Below are positions 38,001-51,330 of a DNA stretch of 64,000 nt, piece after piece. This DNA is from Sphagnum compactum. Taxonomy: Eukaryota. The notes beneath the pieces are model-generated. The model made no database searches. It had not been told where the DNA came from and saw nothing but the letters and a program-made list of their open reading frames with translations. The stretch covers positions 35,826,213 to 35,890,212 of the forward strand of contig OZ234493.1 in the NCBI GenBank assembly GCA_965153455.1. The letters run 5' to 3'. Position numbers and translations under genes: made by a program. Position 1 is the first letter of the stretch, and each line of letters opens with the position of its first letter.

Positions 38001-40396
38001 TGTTATGCTTACCATTGGGAGGAGTGCTTGTATCAATGGGTTTGGGTTCTAATCACCTTTGGCCTTTTGATATGTGCAGAAACTAGTGAAGATGATGAAT
38101 GGGGAACTAACAGTGAATAGCACCCCTGAAGAGGGAAGTGTGTTTGAGTTCACACTCACACTAGGATATGCTGAACCAGCTTGCATGGAAAATCTTGGTT
38201 ATGTCAAGTCAGTCCAACAGCCAGCAATCACTGAAGAGCAAAAATTGAGAGGAACACGGGTTATATTAGTCGATACCCACCCTGTACGACAGGTATGAGA
38301 TTTGTGAGATCATTGTTATCAAAGACCTCTTCCATCCTGCCTATATACCAATTGACAAAAGTGTGAATTAGAACTCTTGTATACTTAGTTCATTGACATC
38401 TTCGTTCTGACATGAAAGCTCACCAACAACATATATGGCTCTGCAATCCATGCTTGGGCTGTTGCCTTGGATAATACTAGCCACCTGTCTGATTGCCAAA
38501 TTCATCACAAATGCAGGAAGCATCAGCAAGCTATTTGCGGAGGTTAGGAATTGTTGTAGAGGATGCACAAGACATACAGTCCACACTGGATATTCTCAGA
38601 AGGTACATCAATGGTGCAGCTCCATGAGTTAGGTTCTGTTTCAGCTATGCAACTGTGGGTGGCATGTTTTCTGAGGTAGAAGAAAACTTTTTGTCATGGG
38701 TTACAGAGTCAAGGGTGACAATCTGAATCCAGGTTGACTCATCAACAAAGACTTAGTATGGATAGTTTCAGTTCATCCTGATCTATAGTTATCAACTTTT
38801 CGTCTGGTTAGGTTTCATCCTGAGCATGTTCCAAATGCAGTGGACAATGTAGCTACATTCACACATCATAGTTGGCAACATGGGTGTATGTCTTTCTTCT
38901 TCAGAGTAAACCACAAATGAAATAGCTGCTAGGAGTTTTAAGTATGTGACATGGGTCATAAAATGCATGTGACATTGATTTCAGAGGTTTAATTGGTGAA
39001 GCAGAATGGAGGCACCAGCGGTGAGGGCAGTGATCATTGATTTGCAGGGTCTGGATCAGGCATCTGCATTGCAGGTGGTGCAAGCAGTTCGGAAGGAGAA
39101 GGCATCACTGCAAGTAGTCGCTCTCACATGTCTACCAAGGGCCGAGGTTGGGGACAAGCTGTTCCAAGAAGCAGGCTTTTCCTACACAATCAGCAAGCCC
39201 CTGCGGCATTCAACTATTGCAACTGTTTTGTTGCAAGCCTTAGGAGTACAGTTGCAGACTTCCACCAAGAGAAAAAACCTCGACTCCCAATTACTCTCTG
39301 GGAAGCGACTTCTTGTGGTATGTTGTGCATGTCTTACAATGCATGATCTTGCATCATCATTGTTAGAGGAAACATCATGTCAGTAATGGAACGGTTGTCC
39401 GTAAGGTAGAGTTTTGAAATATGTTGTGATGCTGACTCTTCATTATGTTGCAGGTGGATGACAATATGGTCAATAGAAGGGTTGCCACATCAATGCTGTC
39501 AAGATATGGTGCAACAGTTATATCCTCCAATAGTGGACTTGAGGCAGTTGTAGCTGTGAAGAACCAACAAGCAGGAATGGAATATGACTTGATATTGATG
39601 GACATCCAGATGCCTGAGGTAAATTTCTTTTGCAACTTGAAAAACAAAACCTGCCTTGTCTTGCTCATTTGCACTTTGTCTGCTTCGTGTATGCACACAA
39701 AGACATGTTTCTATTGTGGTTGTTGACACACAACTCCTGAGTTTGTAGTTGTCACCAATCCAAGGATGATTTCTTACTTTTGATTGAAACTCATAAATGT
39801 GTCATGAAGGCAACAGGGATATTGACGAGTTTAACCTGTGTTTGTGGAATAGATGGATGGTTATGAGGCCACACGGCAGATACGGAATTGGGAGGTTCAG
39901 AGCTGCAGACAATGCAGGGAGGAGTCAGGGATCTGTGATGGAGGTACACACCAGAAACATGGGAATACTAAAGGATGCCTGCATCCTCGGCTACCTATTG
40001 TTGCTGTTACTGCCGATGTCATGAAAGGAACACATGAGCAGTGTTTCGAGGCTGGCATGGACGATTACATTTCTAAGGTGTGCTTTTCATTGTTGATCAG
40101 TTTACTAAACTCCAGGCATCTAGAGAGCTGAAATCTGGAATTATGTGTTGCGTTGTTGACTGCAAGGTCATGGCTGCTGAGCTGTTGTAAAGAATTCTTC
40201 CTTTCAGCCTCCTCTCTCAGAGCTAAATGCAGCAGCACTTGAGCAGACTTTAGAGTAGTCAGTAGTTATACTCTTGCTAAGGCACATCACTTGGGTTGGT
40301 AATCTTGTGGAGCAGCCTTTGGACCAGAAACAACTACAAGCGCTTTTAGAGAGGTTCATGCAGAATGGCCTTGTCAACTCCCCAGGTTCCAGGTAG
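33912..40396 (+). CDS. CHASE-domain hybrid histidine kinase (cytokinin-receptor family, non-classical bryophyte-type CHK): TM-CHASE-TM-HisKA-HATPase-pseudo-receiver-receiver
   Basis: 15 exons: 33912-34229, 34454-35004, 35267-35707, 36007-36029, 36358-36445, 36612-36819, 37076-37108, 37277-37682, 37792-37904, 38080-38292, 38517-38602, 39005-39317, 39454-39618, 39853-40077, 40316-40396 (TAG). Motifs: [68 protein letters not shown]-box [19 protein letters not shown]-box [11 protein letters not shown]1 VEDTGIGIP; G2 [11 protein letters not shown]; receiver [30 protein letters not shown]. Confidence 0.93.
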
Positions 40397-43300
40397 ACCC
40401 AATTGAAGGTGTGTTGTGTCCCTGAGGAATGACATAATCAGCCTGAATTATGTAAGACACTCTCCCTGCACATCTGTACAAGTTCATAAACAGGGTTTTC
40501 TTTCGATTTCACATTGTGAAGTGCTCATTTGATTATCACCTCCCATTGTAAGTGTAGGTGTAGGCCGGAAGATCATCACATTAGAACAAGGCAGGCAGAT
40601 CTGTCAAGTTTTTTCCCACATTGTTCAAGCCAGACCTTGTGGTGGTGGAGCAACCAACTGTAGATCTCACGTAGGCCCTAGTATACGATCCATCATTCAA
40701 AAGTACTTAACCATCAGATGGAGAATTGGCAGACTTTTTTCCGGTTGCATCTCATGAGAGTTGAAATTGCAAACTGGAAAGACCCTATTGTACAATGTGG
40801 GCTTTCATCTTTCCCTTTGTTTCTGCAATCAAATCATTGTCTTCTCAGAGGTTTGTTGTGGTATCCATAAAGAGGATATGATAAGGCACTGGGATGAATA
40901 ATCAGAAAACTAGTTGCACCCTTTGAGTCAATTGTAAATTGCAATTCTAGAGCTGACTTGTTCCAATGAAAGTGACCATTGTCATCAAAGGGTTACTACG
41001 TCTTTATTAAGATTAGGAATCTGAAAGCAGTCAGATTTGCTCAGTGTTACCATATAGTGAATAGGGTCAGTTATACATTGCAAGTGTTTGTAGGTTCAAT
41101 CCAGTGTCGGTCTGCTATATTGGCCTGTGCCTGGTACCAACACCAGTATCAATACTGCCAGGCATGACCCTACCAGGCTTGTATGACCTAAGGCAATATC
41201 AGCCAAGTGGCAGGGACCCAGGGTAATACCAGGCCTTGTACCAATTTCATACCAGTTTCAATACCAAGGATGTACCTGCCTCATATCAGCCAAAAATCGG
41301 TCTTGCACCCAATACCAGGATGGTATGAAAGTTGTAGTATGTACCCAATATCAGGACCAGTCGGTGCATTCCAAAGTTAATACCAGACCAAATTTGTTAC
41401 AATCCATTATTCAGCCATCCTACATTGTGACCAACCCATCTATCATAGATAGTCCCGAAGAAAAACCTCTGCCACTAACTGGAATTGATGTGGACTACAA
41501 CTTCTTCCCAAAGATTTGCAACATGATTTCGTTTTGCAGCTGTGTTCTTTGTCTTTGTAATACCATTTAATATCTTGAGATCCCAAAACTGTATTTATAT
41601 ACACATATTAGATTAGGGCGTTTTTAACTTTGACACTTAGTACAAAGGGGTTATGATTGCACTGATTCTTCCTGTTTGTTTCTTTGTTTTGGGTTGGCCA
41701 GAATTGATGGCAGTTGCCTTCAAAAGTGCTTTTGTGGAGTTTTTCTACAATCCTGTAGAGAAGTTCATCTGCTTTGAAACCCACAAGGGAATATCTCTCT
41801 CTATGTGATTCATATTGGAATTCTATGAGGCCACCATAGCTAGGCTGCATTGCCATGGTTGCTAAGTAAACCACATCTAGGTTTCAGAAGTAGTTGAGGG
41901 GACATTTTGCAAAAGTACTCATGTTGGCTTTACTGTTATGGGAGTTGGAATTATTCGCTGGTTTGGAAAAAAAGGATGCAATGGAATTAAACTTCTAAGT
42001 GCTTTGACATTAAATTATGCTTTGGTTAGCAAAGTTTGTGTTAATCATCTATATAACCTAGTGTGGAATGACAAATGGCATGGTGATATTTAACTTTCAA
42101 TGACACTACCATTTGGCAAAACGTTTGGAGCCCAAATACAAATTAAGTATAAATTTTTGGAATTCTTTTAATGTTTGGAAATCCTCAAACCCTAAATGGT
42201 TCTCTTCACGAATATGAATGACCTTCTCTTCTTTTCTCGTTACATCTTTTCAGCTCTTTTTCATCGTCATGTTAGGCAAACACATCAGGAATTTTATCAT
42301 GAGATTTGCTCTATCTATGCCAACTTATGGGAGCACTTGTGGAGTTTGTTTGTTTTCAAGCATATGAACTTTTAGTTGCATCATACTTAAGCAATCATTC
42401 ACATCGGATATTAAGGTCCATAGTGTCGGGTAGCCTAACATTTAGATAACAATATGAAGAAAAAAGTACCTTCCATATCGTTGGCAATGCTACCTCACAC
42501 TCCATTCATAAATCAAAAAAAAATTAATATCAACTTATATTGACTTAGCACTAGTGTGAACAATGTTTTATACACACAAAGTTGCTTACATTGACTTCTC
42601 TTAATGAGAGGGGGAAAGGACCTTTGGTGTCAACTATAGAACATTTCCACTTGCATTAAGGCCATATATGTGCCAACAAAGGTTGAGGTTTATCCACTTG
42701 ATGAAACAAACAAAGAAATATTTATTCTAGTTGAGTTATTTTGTGAAACACAGATGCAGAACAAACAATGGAGAAGAAGATGATATTCTAAAATTTGGGT
42801 CAAAGCATGGTTGGGGTATCAAAAAAGATTGTCTTATTAAATATTCAGTGGACCCCCCAATTGAACATGTCATTGAAACTCAATGACACATTCATATTGA
42901 AAGTTTGTTTTCCTTCATAAATGCATACATTTCTAGGGTACTATTGCATGCATAGCACTTCAAATTTGAATAAGTTTATAGAATCTAAAGATGTCCTACC
43001 TAAACAAGCTCTAACAAATCATCATGACTAGAATTTATTTATTTTTGGTCATTTTATGTTTGATAAAAACAAAAATAATAGTTTACAATTCCACATTATA
43101 CTATTTGTAATGAAATCAATGTGCTTGAAAGTTTCTTTCAAATCCTTGGTATGGAAGGTAGGTATCTTTCAAAATAATTGTCAAATCCCGGAAAAACATG
43201 TTTTGCTTGTCAAGAATGATATGGGTTTCATTGGGGATCTTGCTATGGGGGGTGAGCTCTTATCTCTCAATCAATGATTTTTTTTTCATTTTTTTTATGT

Positions 43301-45588
43301 TACAACAGTGGGTAGCATCCCAAGAAGGATTTAACATTAAATGGGGAAAAAAAAAACTTGTTCAAATATTTTAGAAACTAGTTTTTTTAAATGCCACCAA
43401 ACTAAAATAAGAGTCCAATGTGTTAACAATTTTTTCAAAAAAACCTGTTTTTCAAAATTTTGCAATTTTTTCAAGGAAAAAAAAGGGACAATGTGAGAAT
43501 TTTTATTTTTATTTTTAGCATTTTGGTGAAATTTCACACAAAAAATAACATTGATTTCAATGCTCAGTATTTCCTGTGAATTTATATTTCATTTGTAAAT
43601 GGCTTAAAAATGAACAAGGCAACCACAAGGTTATTTCTAGGATGTTTCAACCATGGAAAATCATTTTAAAGAAAAATATCCCCTTAATTATCTAATGGAC
43701 ATCTTGAGATCCTTTCTAGAAAGCACAAAAAAACATATGTGACACAAATAGGAGCCCATCCTACCTCAAACAACATTCATCCAACTAACATTTATCAATT
43801 AGTGCATGTCCATTACAATACACTATGAGAAATCATGTCCGTCAAAATTACATTACTTTGCAACTAAAATTCATAAAACATACACAACTATTGTGTAACT
43901 ATCCCTAGGGTATTATAACTATTGTGCAACTATCCCCCTAAAAATACGGTGCATTAATAAATAAATTACCACTTCAAAAAATCAGTTAATTATATTATAG
44001 TTACAAATGAGTTGAAAATGGGTTTTCTACACGGTAATCTATATACATTATACATACATATGTAATCAGTCATGTTTTATTGTTTCAAGATACATTGTAA
44101 TTGCATGTGACAACTACTTTAAAACTATTGTAAATGTGCCACTAAAACAACAACTATGTTGTAACTAATGTACAATGTACATACATGCGATCATGCCACA
44201 TGTTCACATTTTCACCACCCATTATGGGATACATTTACAACTAGTTTTCAATTATGATTATCATTGATACAATTAGTATGACCACTAATGCGCCATTAGT
44301 AAAATAATATTGATCAACTATGTTATGACTATAATATAACTACTTATAACTCAAAAAGGATACATATTCATCAATTATTTATATTCTCATCATATGTGCT
44401 TCATTTTGAGTGATTTAAAATGTTATGGGAGTGTTACCTCAAGTTCTAGAAATCGTCTTTGAAGTGCGAAGGAAAAGGAGTATTGAAAAAATAAGAAGAA
44501 GAAAAATAAGCTTTCTAACTTACAAAATTCATTTTTATTTTTTTCTTTGGACCCCTCCTACTTTCAAACCTCATAATTTTCTTATTTCTTATTCATTTTA
44601 AACGATTTAAAATGTTATAGGAGCACCACTTGAAGTTCTATAAATCATCTTTGATCTTTGAAAATAATAGAGCAAAATACAAGTTGGAAGTTTTTGGGTG
44701 TTCAAGAACTAACCCTTATAACATTTGATGGTTTGTTTTTTTGAATTTTTGACCCTTCTACTTTGGGGGCTCATAATTTTCTCAACTTCAATCTGTTTTT
44801 GAAGATTTTTAATGCGTCGAATGCACCAATAGGAAGGGTTTTAGTTTTGTTTGAACACTAGAATAATGGAGCCCTCCCCTTGGATTTGGCCTGCCTTAAG
44901 CACTTAAATGTTCAGTCACCAACTAGTTACTGTATAGTTGCAATTCAATTCCAATTCAATTTGCAATTAAAGAACAACAAAAAAATTTAACCCATATGCT
45001 TTGTTTTTGAATCCCATGTTACAAACTATTCAAAAAAACTTATTCTCCTATGTTCTCACATTAAAATACATGTGTCATTTTGGGATGAGCTCAAAAAAAA
45101 ATAAAGTGAAAGGCAAAACATAATTTTTTAAAAAACGAATTCATGGCTATTTTTTAGTTCATTTAGTCTTGTGATTTCCTACCTACTTACCTACCTAAAT
45201 AAGTAAGTAGGTAGGTAGGTCGTAAGTAAATATGTAAGTAGGTAAGTCTTAAAACCTACCAACCTACCTACCTATGGTTATGTATGACCTACCTAGTTAC
45301 TACATAGTTATTAAAATAGATATTTATATTTATTTATTCTTCATGACTTTTTTTATCTTATGACTAGTTACCAACATGAACATTTTCAAGTCTTTTGTGA
45401 TTTTGTGGACAATAGTTTTACCACCATCACTCAAGATTGGTTTATCAACCTCAACACTGGTGCAGAGACCTTTGCATTTTGCATGGCTAATAATTCATTT
45501 TAAGTTCACATTTTCAATTCAATTGTTAGGGTTCATTAACCAATGTGTAGGGATGTTTTCTTGGCATCCACTACACAAATGAAGGCCT

Positions 45589-46055
45589 ATGTTCTATTGT
45601 ATTGACATGATTATCACAAATTTGAATAGGCATTTTGTGGATTCAGAATTGATGAATGCTTTTGGCATTGCATATCCACAATTTTGGATGCAACCTAATG
45701 TTGATTTCTCTTTCTCCTTGCATATTAATGTCATCAAGAGACACTATTGTGAATTAAAGAAGGTGAAACCTTCACTAGATCAGGTTGTGAAACCTTTGAA
45801 TGTTTATTTTATATTTGCAGCAACCCATGTCGAAGCTCATTATGAAGGCACAACACCCAAGGCCATGGTTGAACCTTTTGATGCCCATCAAGTGACAAAG
45901 TTGTGAATGACCATTAGCAACAATGGTTTGTTAACTCAACAACTAAATGAGTATATGAAATTGGTTAATATAGCCATTATTTGGTGCTTGGATTTGTGAA
46001 AGATGAACACATTTTCTCCATTCTTGCATTCACGAAGGACAAGTTGTGCAATTTT
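45589..46055 (+). mobile_element. Decayed DNA-transposase fragment, hAT-like C-terminal dimerisation region
   Basis: Broken frames read ..LMNAFGIAYPQFW..VTKL*MTISNNGLLTQQLNEYMKLVNIAII / LVLGFVKDEHIFSILAFTKDKLCN. This resembles the hAT pattern W..L..LA..(S)V..ER.FS.L...K..LRN. In-frame stop at 45904 and frameshifts; no terminal inverted repeats identified. Confidence 0.6.
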
Positions 46056-47075
46056 AATTTGAGAAATTCCATAAAAACAAAACTAATAATTCCAAAATCG
46101 TTAATCAAATTTTTCATTATTTTCTTGGAATTGATTAAATGTTTTGAAATAATAAACATCAAAATAAGACCATTGGATGTGTGCAATATAATTTTCAAGG
46201 TTGGAAAATAAGACCCATTTAGTTGTGTTGCTAAGAACAAACATATTGTTGGACATGTGATCGATATGAAGGACTAAATTTTTACGCCAAAAGTCACATG
46301 AAGTTCTAAGGACATATCACTTTGAAAAAAAGCCCAACATTGGCATTTCCTTAATGCAAAACAATTTGCCAAATATATTAATGCAAAACAATTTGCCAAA
46401 TATATTGAATCAAATACAATATTATTATTCAACTCCTTATTTTGGCAACAACAATCATCTCAAGCCAATAAATAAACCAAGCTAGTAGTTGGGACTCATG
46501 GCCAACTTACAAGTGATTCACCACTAGGCTACAACCATGCTCATTCTACAAGTGATTGTGTGTTCTAAGCACACTATTATGCCACACCTTATGTCACCGA
46601 GCATAGGTGTACCTAGGGTTAAACCACGATAAAATATTGACAAACAAAAATTGGTTGTCAAAAATAATTTGTCATTCCGACAATATTTGTTGCTTTTTCA
46701 ATAAAAAGGAATTTGGGAGGGGAAAAAAATATAGCATAAAATTTGCTAAAATTTGAGGAATTTTTTGCCAAATTCTTGATATCAAAAAAATTGGGGGGGA
46801 AAATAAGGAAAAAAGAATCCACCTTCTAATGGGTGCTTTTACCTCAAGGGTAAAAATGAAAAAATCTGTAGGTAGCAAGAAAGATTTGAAGGACAAAGGG
46901 GAAAAAAATAATCATAAATTTAAAAAAAATTAAAAAAACTAAATTGGAGGATTAATTTGAGTCTGTTTCAGAGGTGGCATACAGCCCTGCCTGTCCGCCA
47001 CTCTCTCCACACAGCGGCCGGCACACAACCCTATCACCCTACCCAAGGCTGCATACAGCCCTGCTGCTGTCTTCC

Positions 47076-47110
<35 letters not shown>

Positions 47111-47190
47111 CTTTCAGCTGCTGAAGCTCAAGCTGCTTTGCTGCTGCTGCATTGCGCAAGTGCTCGGGGGATTCTGAGTTGGTCGGAGAG

Positions 47191-48342
47191 ATGGTGAGCT
47201 CGAGGTGGGAGAAGGGTGTTTTAGTCCTCTTCTTGTTGTTGCTGCCGCCGCTGGTATCATGTTTTGACTCTGAAAAGGACTTTCAGGACCTGGTGTCGAC
47301 GACAACACAGGAGAAGAAGAAGAAGAAGAAGAACAGTGAAAAGCAGCAAGATTACAGCTTCAATGTCGACTTCAGGCCATGGTTGGCGAGACATGGATCT
47401 GCAGCAGGAGGAGGAGGAGCTGCTGCTGCTGCTGCTGCTGGTGCGACACAGATGAACAGTTCCAAGATACTGGTGAGTTCTCCGACTGTGGATGTGGAGT
47501 ACCACATGGGTCCAGTGCTCACATCTGCAATCAAAGTGTACATGATCTGGTATGGAAGATGGGACATAGCGCAACAAGGCATCATCAAGGACTTTGTAGA
47601 ATCGATATCAGCTACTGGGAACAACAAGCCCTCAGTGCAGCAGTGGTGGAGCACTGTTGAGCTCTACGGGGATCAAACAGGGGCAAACATCAGTGCATCA
47701 GTGCACATTGCAGGTGAGCATCAAGACAACTACTCGCAAGGGAAGAGTCTCACAAGATTAAGCATCCAACAAGTGATCAAGAGCAGCTTGCTGGAGAATC
47801 ATGGGACACTGCCAGTGAATGCCAAGGGAGGAGTGTACATGGTGTTCACAGCTGACGATGTCATGATGCAAGACTTTTGTAGAGCTGTTTGTGGATTCCA
47901 TTACTTCACATTTCCAGCACTTGTGGGGTACACTTTGCCATATGCATGGGTGGGGAATTCAGGCCAGCTCTGTCCCCAGACATGTGCATACCCCTTTGCA
48001 GTCCCCACCTTCATGACCTCCGTGTTGCCTCTCAAATCTCCCAATGACAACATTGGTGTGGATGGGATGGTGAGTGTGATCGGGCATGAGCTTGCCGAGA
48101 TTGCTTCCAATCCTTTGATCAATGCATGGTATGCAGGCCAAAATTCAATTGCACCCAACGAGATTGCAGATCTTTGTGAGGGGATTTATGGGCCTGGTGC
48201 AGGAGGCAGCTACCCTGGCACCATCTTGCAGGACTTGGCAGGTGCAAGCTACAATGTCAATGGTGTGAATGGGAGACACTTCTTGGTGCAGTGGTTGTGG
48301 AACCCTGGTCTCAAAGCTTGCAGTGGCTCCAGCACTACATAA
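47191..48342 (+). CDS. EXORDIUM-like / Phi-1 (phosphate-induced 1) family secreted protein, intronless
   Basis: First ATG at 47191 gives a signal-peptide-like MVSSRWEKGVLVLFLLLLPPLVSC. Phi-1 motifs: VEYHMGPVL, IWYGRW, SVQQWWSTV, FCRAVCGFH, YAWVGNS, CAYPF, PNDNIGVDGMVSVIGHELAE..SNP, EIADLCEG.YG, FLVQW. Confidence 0.95.
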   Translation: MVSSRWEKGVLVLFLLLLPPLVSCFDSEKDFQDLVSTTTQEKKKKKKNSEKQQDYSFNVDFRPWLARHGSAAGGGGAAAAAAAGATQMNSSKILVSSPTVDVEYHMGPVLTSAIKVYMIWYGRWDIAQQGIIKDFVESISATGNNKPSVQQWWSTVELYGDQTGANISASVHIAGEHQDNYSQGKSLTRLSIQQVIKSSLLENHGTLPVNAKGGVYMVFTADDVMMQDFCRAVCGFHYFTFPALVGYTLPYAWVGNSGQLCPQTCAYPFAVPTFMTSVLPLKSPNDNIGVDGMVSVIGHELAEIASNPLINAWYAGQNSIAPNEIADLCEGIYGPGAGGSYPGTILQDLAGASYNVNGVNGRHFLVQWLWNPGLKACSGSSTT

Positions 48343-51330
48343 TGATACACCCAACAAGTTTCGAGCTCTCTGGAGAAAGGTGGAGGTGCTGTAACTTATT
48401 GCATTTGCAGAAAAAGGATCGATCGATATGGAATTCGGTAGGAGACATGGAAGTCAAAAACAATGAAAGTGTTCTTACCATGAATGTCATGTCCTTTGAA
48501 AGGCGGATGCAGATGGAACCTATGCCAGATGTATAAGTCATTGTTTGAAGTTCACATAACAGGGGACACTTCAGCATTGGAGAAGGTGGACAAGCCCGTA
48601 CACTGGAGGCATAAAACTTTCACATCAAAGGAGAAGAGTAACATTTGTGTTCCAGGGGAGGCATGTGATACAATTGATGTCTCAGGGATGTCTTTGCACT
48701 GCTCACGGCTGCAGTTTCTTGTATGGATTCTTCCAATTTTTCACTGCAGTCAAGCATTCCAGGACAGAACTTTTTGTTCCAAGCACAGGCAAACGTGCAG
48801 AGTATAAGTAAATGACAACCTTAGCATGCCAGAATTCTTAGTCTAAAGACACCTGGACTGCACACAGGATGACCTTGAGAGTGTCTGCTAGTGATGAGAT
48901 CATGTATAATTCAGTCTCGGCATTTTTGTTTCATGAACAGCTTCAAGATGGTTTTTGAATTGCTCTTGTAAGCACTGCCAACCAAGAGGCTCAGAATCAG
49001 TTGAGAAGTGATCATTACTTGCTCAGCCCCAGGAAGTGCTATCAGTCTGTCTTGTCAACTCACCCATCTGTGCTTCATGATGCAAGTTCTTCCTGAATCC
49101 ATCAAGTTCAATTGTTTGTTGCCCTGTGCTCTTCTGCTCATGCTGTCAGAATTTCGAAGGCAAAAGTACGCACCAGATCTAGTCTGCTCTTCCATATCCA
49201 TCACGATTCCACAAATTCTACTAATGTTGTTGATCTGTTGTTGTTCAGCCTGAATCTGTGACTCACCTTGAAACAACTAACCAAGAGTGGAACGAAATCT
49301 CTGTTAAAGCACACACCGTAAGATTCAGTTAGCCGTAGACTGCACTTGATGCAAGCATGTGACAGATTCCATCCCCCAGTTGTGCAAAAAGTTTAGGGAC
49401 TCCACAATGTATCCAGCCTGGGATTTGTAAGCATATCTGTAGCTGGCAACATTTCGTCACAAGGGATCACGTACAACTGAAACTGAAAGATTTGCAGTTG
49501 CACTTGCAATCAAATCTCCACTCAACAGATGGGTCCATATGCAATACAATCACCAGAATCTGAGTGGAATTCCCACAGTTGAAGGATCGAACTGGGTGTG
49601 TCATTACCAGCCTCAAGAGAATTAACCTGTGAAGCCACATGCCTCTTCAGCACATTGGCCTGAGTCCCATGAGTTTCAGATATCAGCTTCTTGCTCAATG
49701 GCCCCTAGTTCTTTTCCTTGTCCCAGCTTGACTCTACCTCTCTCAGTTGGGCTGGTGAGAAGTGCAGGCATCCTGCTGTTCCAATCAAAAAGAAAGGAAG
49801 CAGAATTTTGCCAGAAGTTGCTGACAAAAATCCTCTCATGCAGATTATGAAAGAATGGCTCAAGAAAAGGAAGTTGTCAGGGGTGGTTGTAAAAACACCA
49901 GGCAGGAATGAACCTGTAGTATATCCTTGGAGAATTCATCATCATTTTCAGTCTCTTCTGTATCTTCATCTTGTGCACATGTAACTGGGAAGATTCCTCT
50001 CAACTTTCCTCATCTTCACCTCCTACTTCACAACCTGTTTTGATTTCATCATGAGCTGTTGCAGCCCAGAACTTCAGGCTCATATCCCGAAAATAGCAAC
50101 TGCCAAGCAGCAATAGAATAACAACCCCATAACAGCAATGCATCAAAAACAGACCACGCAGGAAACTACCACTTCCTACACACAGAAAAAACCCACAATG
50201 CAAAGTAGATTACAAGCTCTGCCTCTGTATTTTCTGGAAATGTCATATCATGCCCAGTGCAAAGCCATGCTAAAATTGGGAATTTCAGTGAATGAGAGAG
50301 AGAATCAGTGTGGACTAATTGAGACAATCCCCAAGCCCTTCAGAGTGCACAAGTGGAATCTTCCAAATGGATGAAAAGAAACTATGTAATATCCGCAGCT
50401 CTGAGTCCAGTAAAACATAGCAAGAGAATTAACAAAGAATGCTCATGGCATAACATGTCCAAAGAATGCTCCTTAACTATATTGGAGGAGACAAAAGATA
50501 AGACTTTTTCTATGTGCAGTCTCAATTGAACTTGCAGAGCACATATCCTATAGATCAATAAAAGCATGCAGCTAAAACTGTGTCCACTGTTTGGTAAACA
50601 GTGGTGTGTACCCAGACAATCTTGGGCCATCTGCGACAAAAACAATTGTTTAACTTGTGAATTCTTGAAGCTATATGTTGGCAATAGTCATTTTTATGTG
50701 GGCATTGCAACCCTGCAGTTGCCAGATGAAGAACAAATACTGTTCACAAAGAGAGATATTTGTTTAGGGGCTCCCACTAGGCATAAACTGATGCCCACCT
50801 CCATTCATGAATATCTGACTTGCAAATTTCCTGCACCTGAGGTCCTTGAACTCATTGCTTGATCTGCAACATGGACCTACTGATGCAGTTTACCACAACT
50901 AAACCCAACATGTACCCAACTCCCCCTTGGAGAAATGCTGCACCTGTTACAACCTCTTTCAATAGCAGAAACTTCCTTTGCTGAGATGCCCAACTGCTTC
51001 CAACTCCCCAGTTACAGGAGCTCATTGGACAACAAAACAAACAGCCCAAGCTGCTGTATGACCCCAGAATCAATCTGTGAAAAAATATATTTGCTAAGGT
51101 TCACAGCCAGCCTCCCACTCAAGGGCATATGGATGAAGAAAGAGAGCTCATCTTCAGTCATCAACTTCCGGACATCATGACAGGTCTAATTGGTCATGCT
51201 CATAATCTGCTCAACAAAGCATACATCCACCAGCAAGGGTTACATGTACAACAACCAGTTGATGCCTTCAATCAGCTGACAATGTCAACAAGATGCAGGA
51301 AGACCTGCTCAGTCATTCCCCATGCTGACT

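Noticed and set aside
41600-42950. Possible decayed coding or transposon sequence (also ~56900-57960 and ~43830-44930)
   Set aside because: Looks like old repeat-derived DNA, but I could not recognise any diagnostic motif, so no family is called.
47152-47190. ORF-track start for EXL (TTG at 47152), and likewise 54467 for SHMT and 33906 for the kinase
   Set aside because: These are non-ATG starts from a prokaryotic-style caller. The first in-frame ATGs (47191, 54419, 33912) give sensible N-termini.
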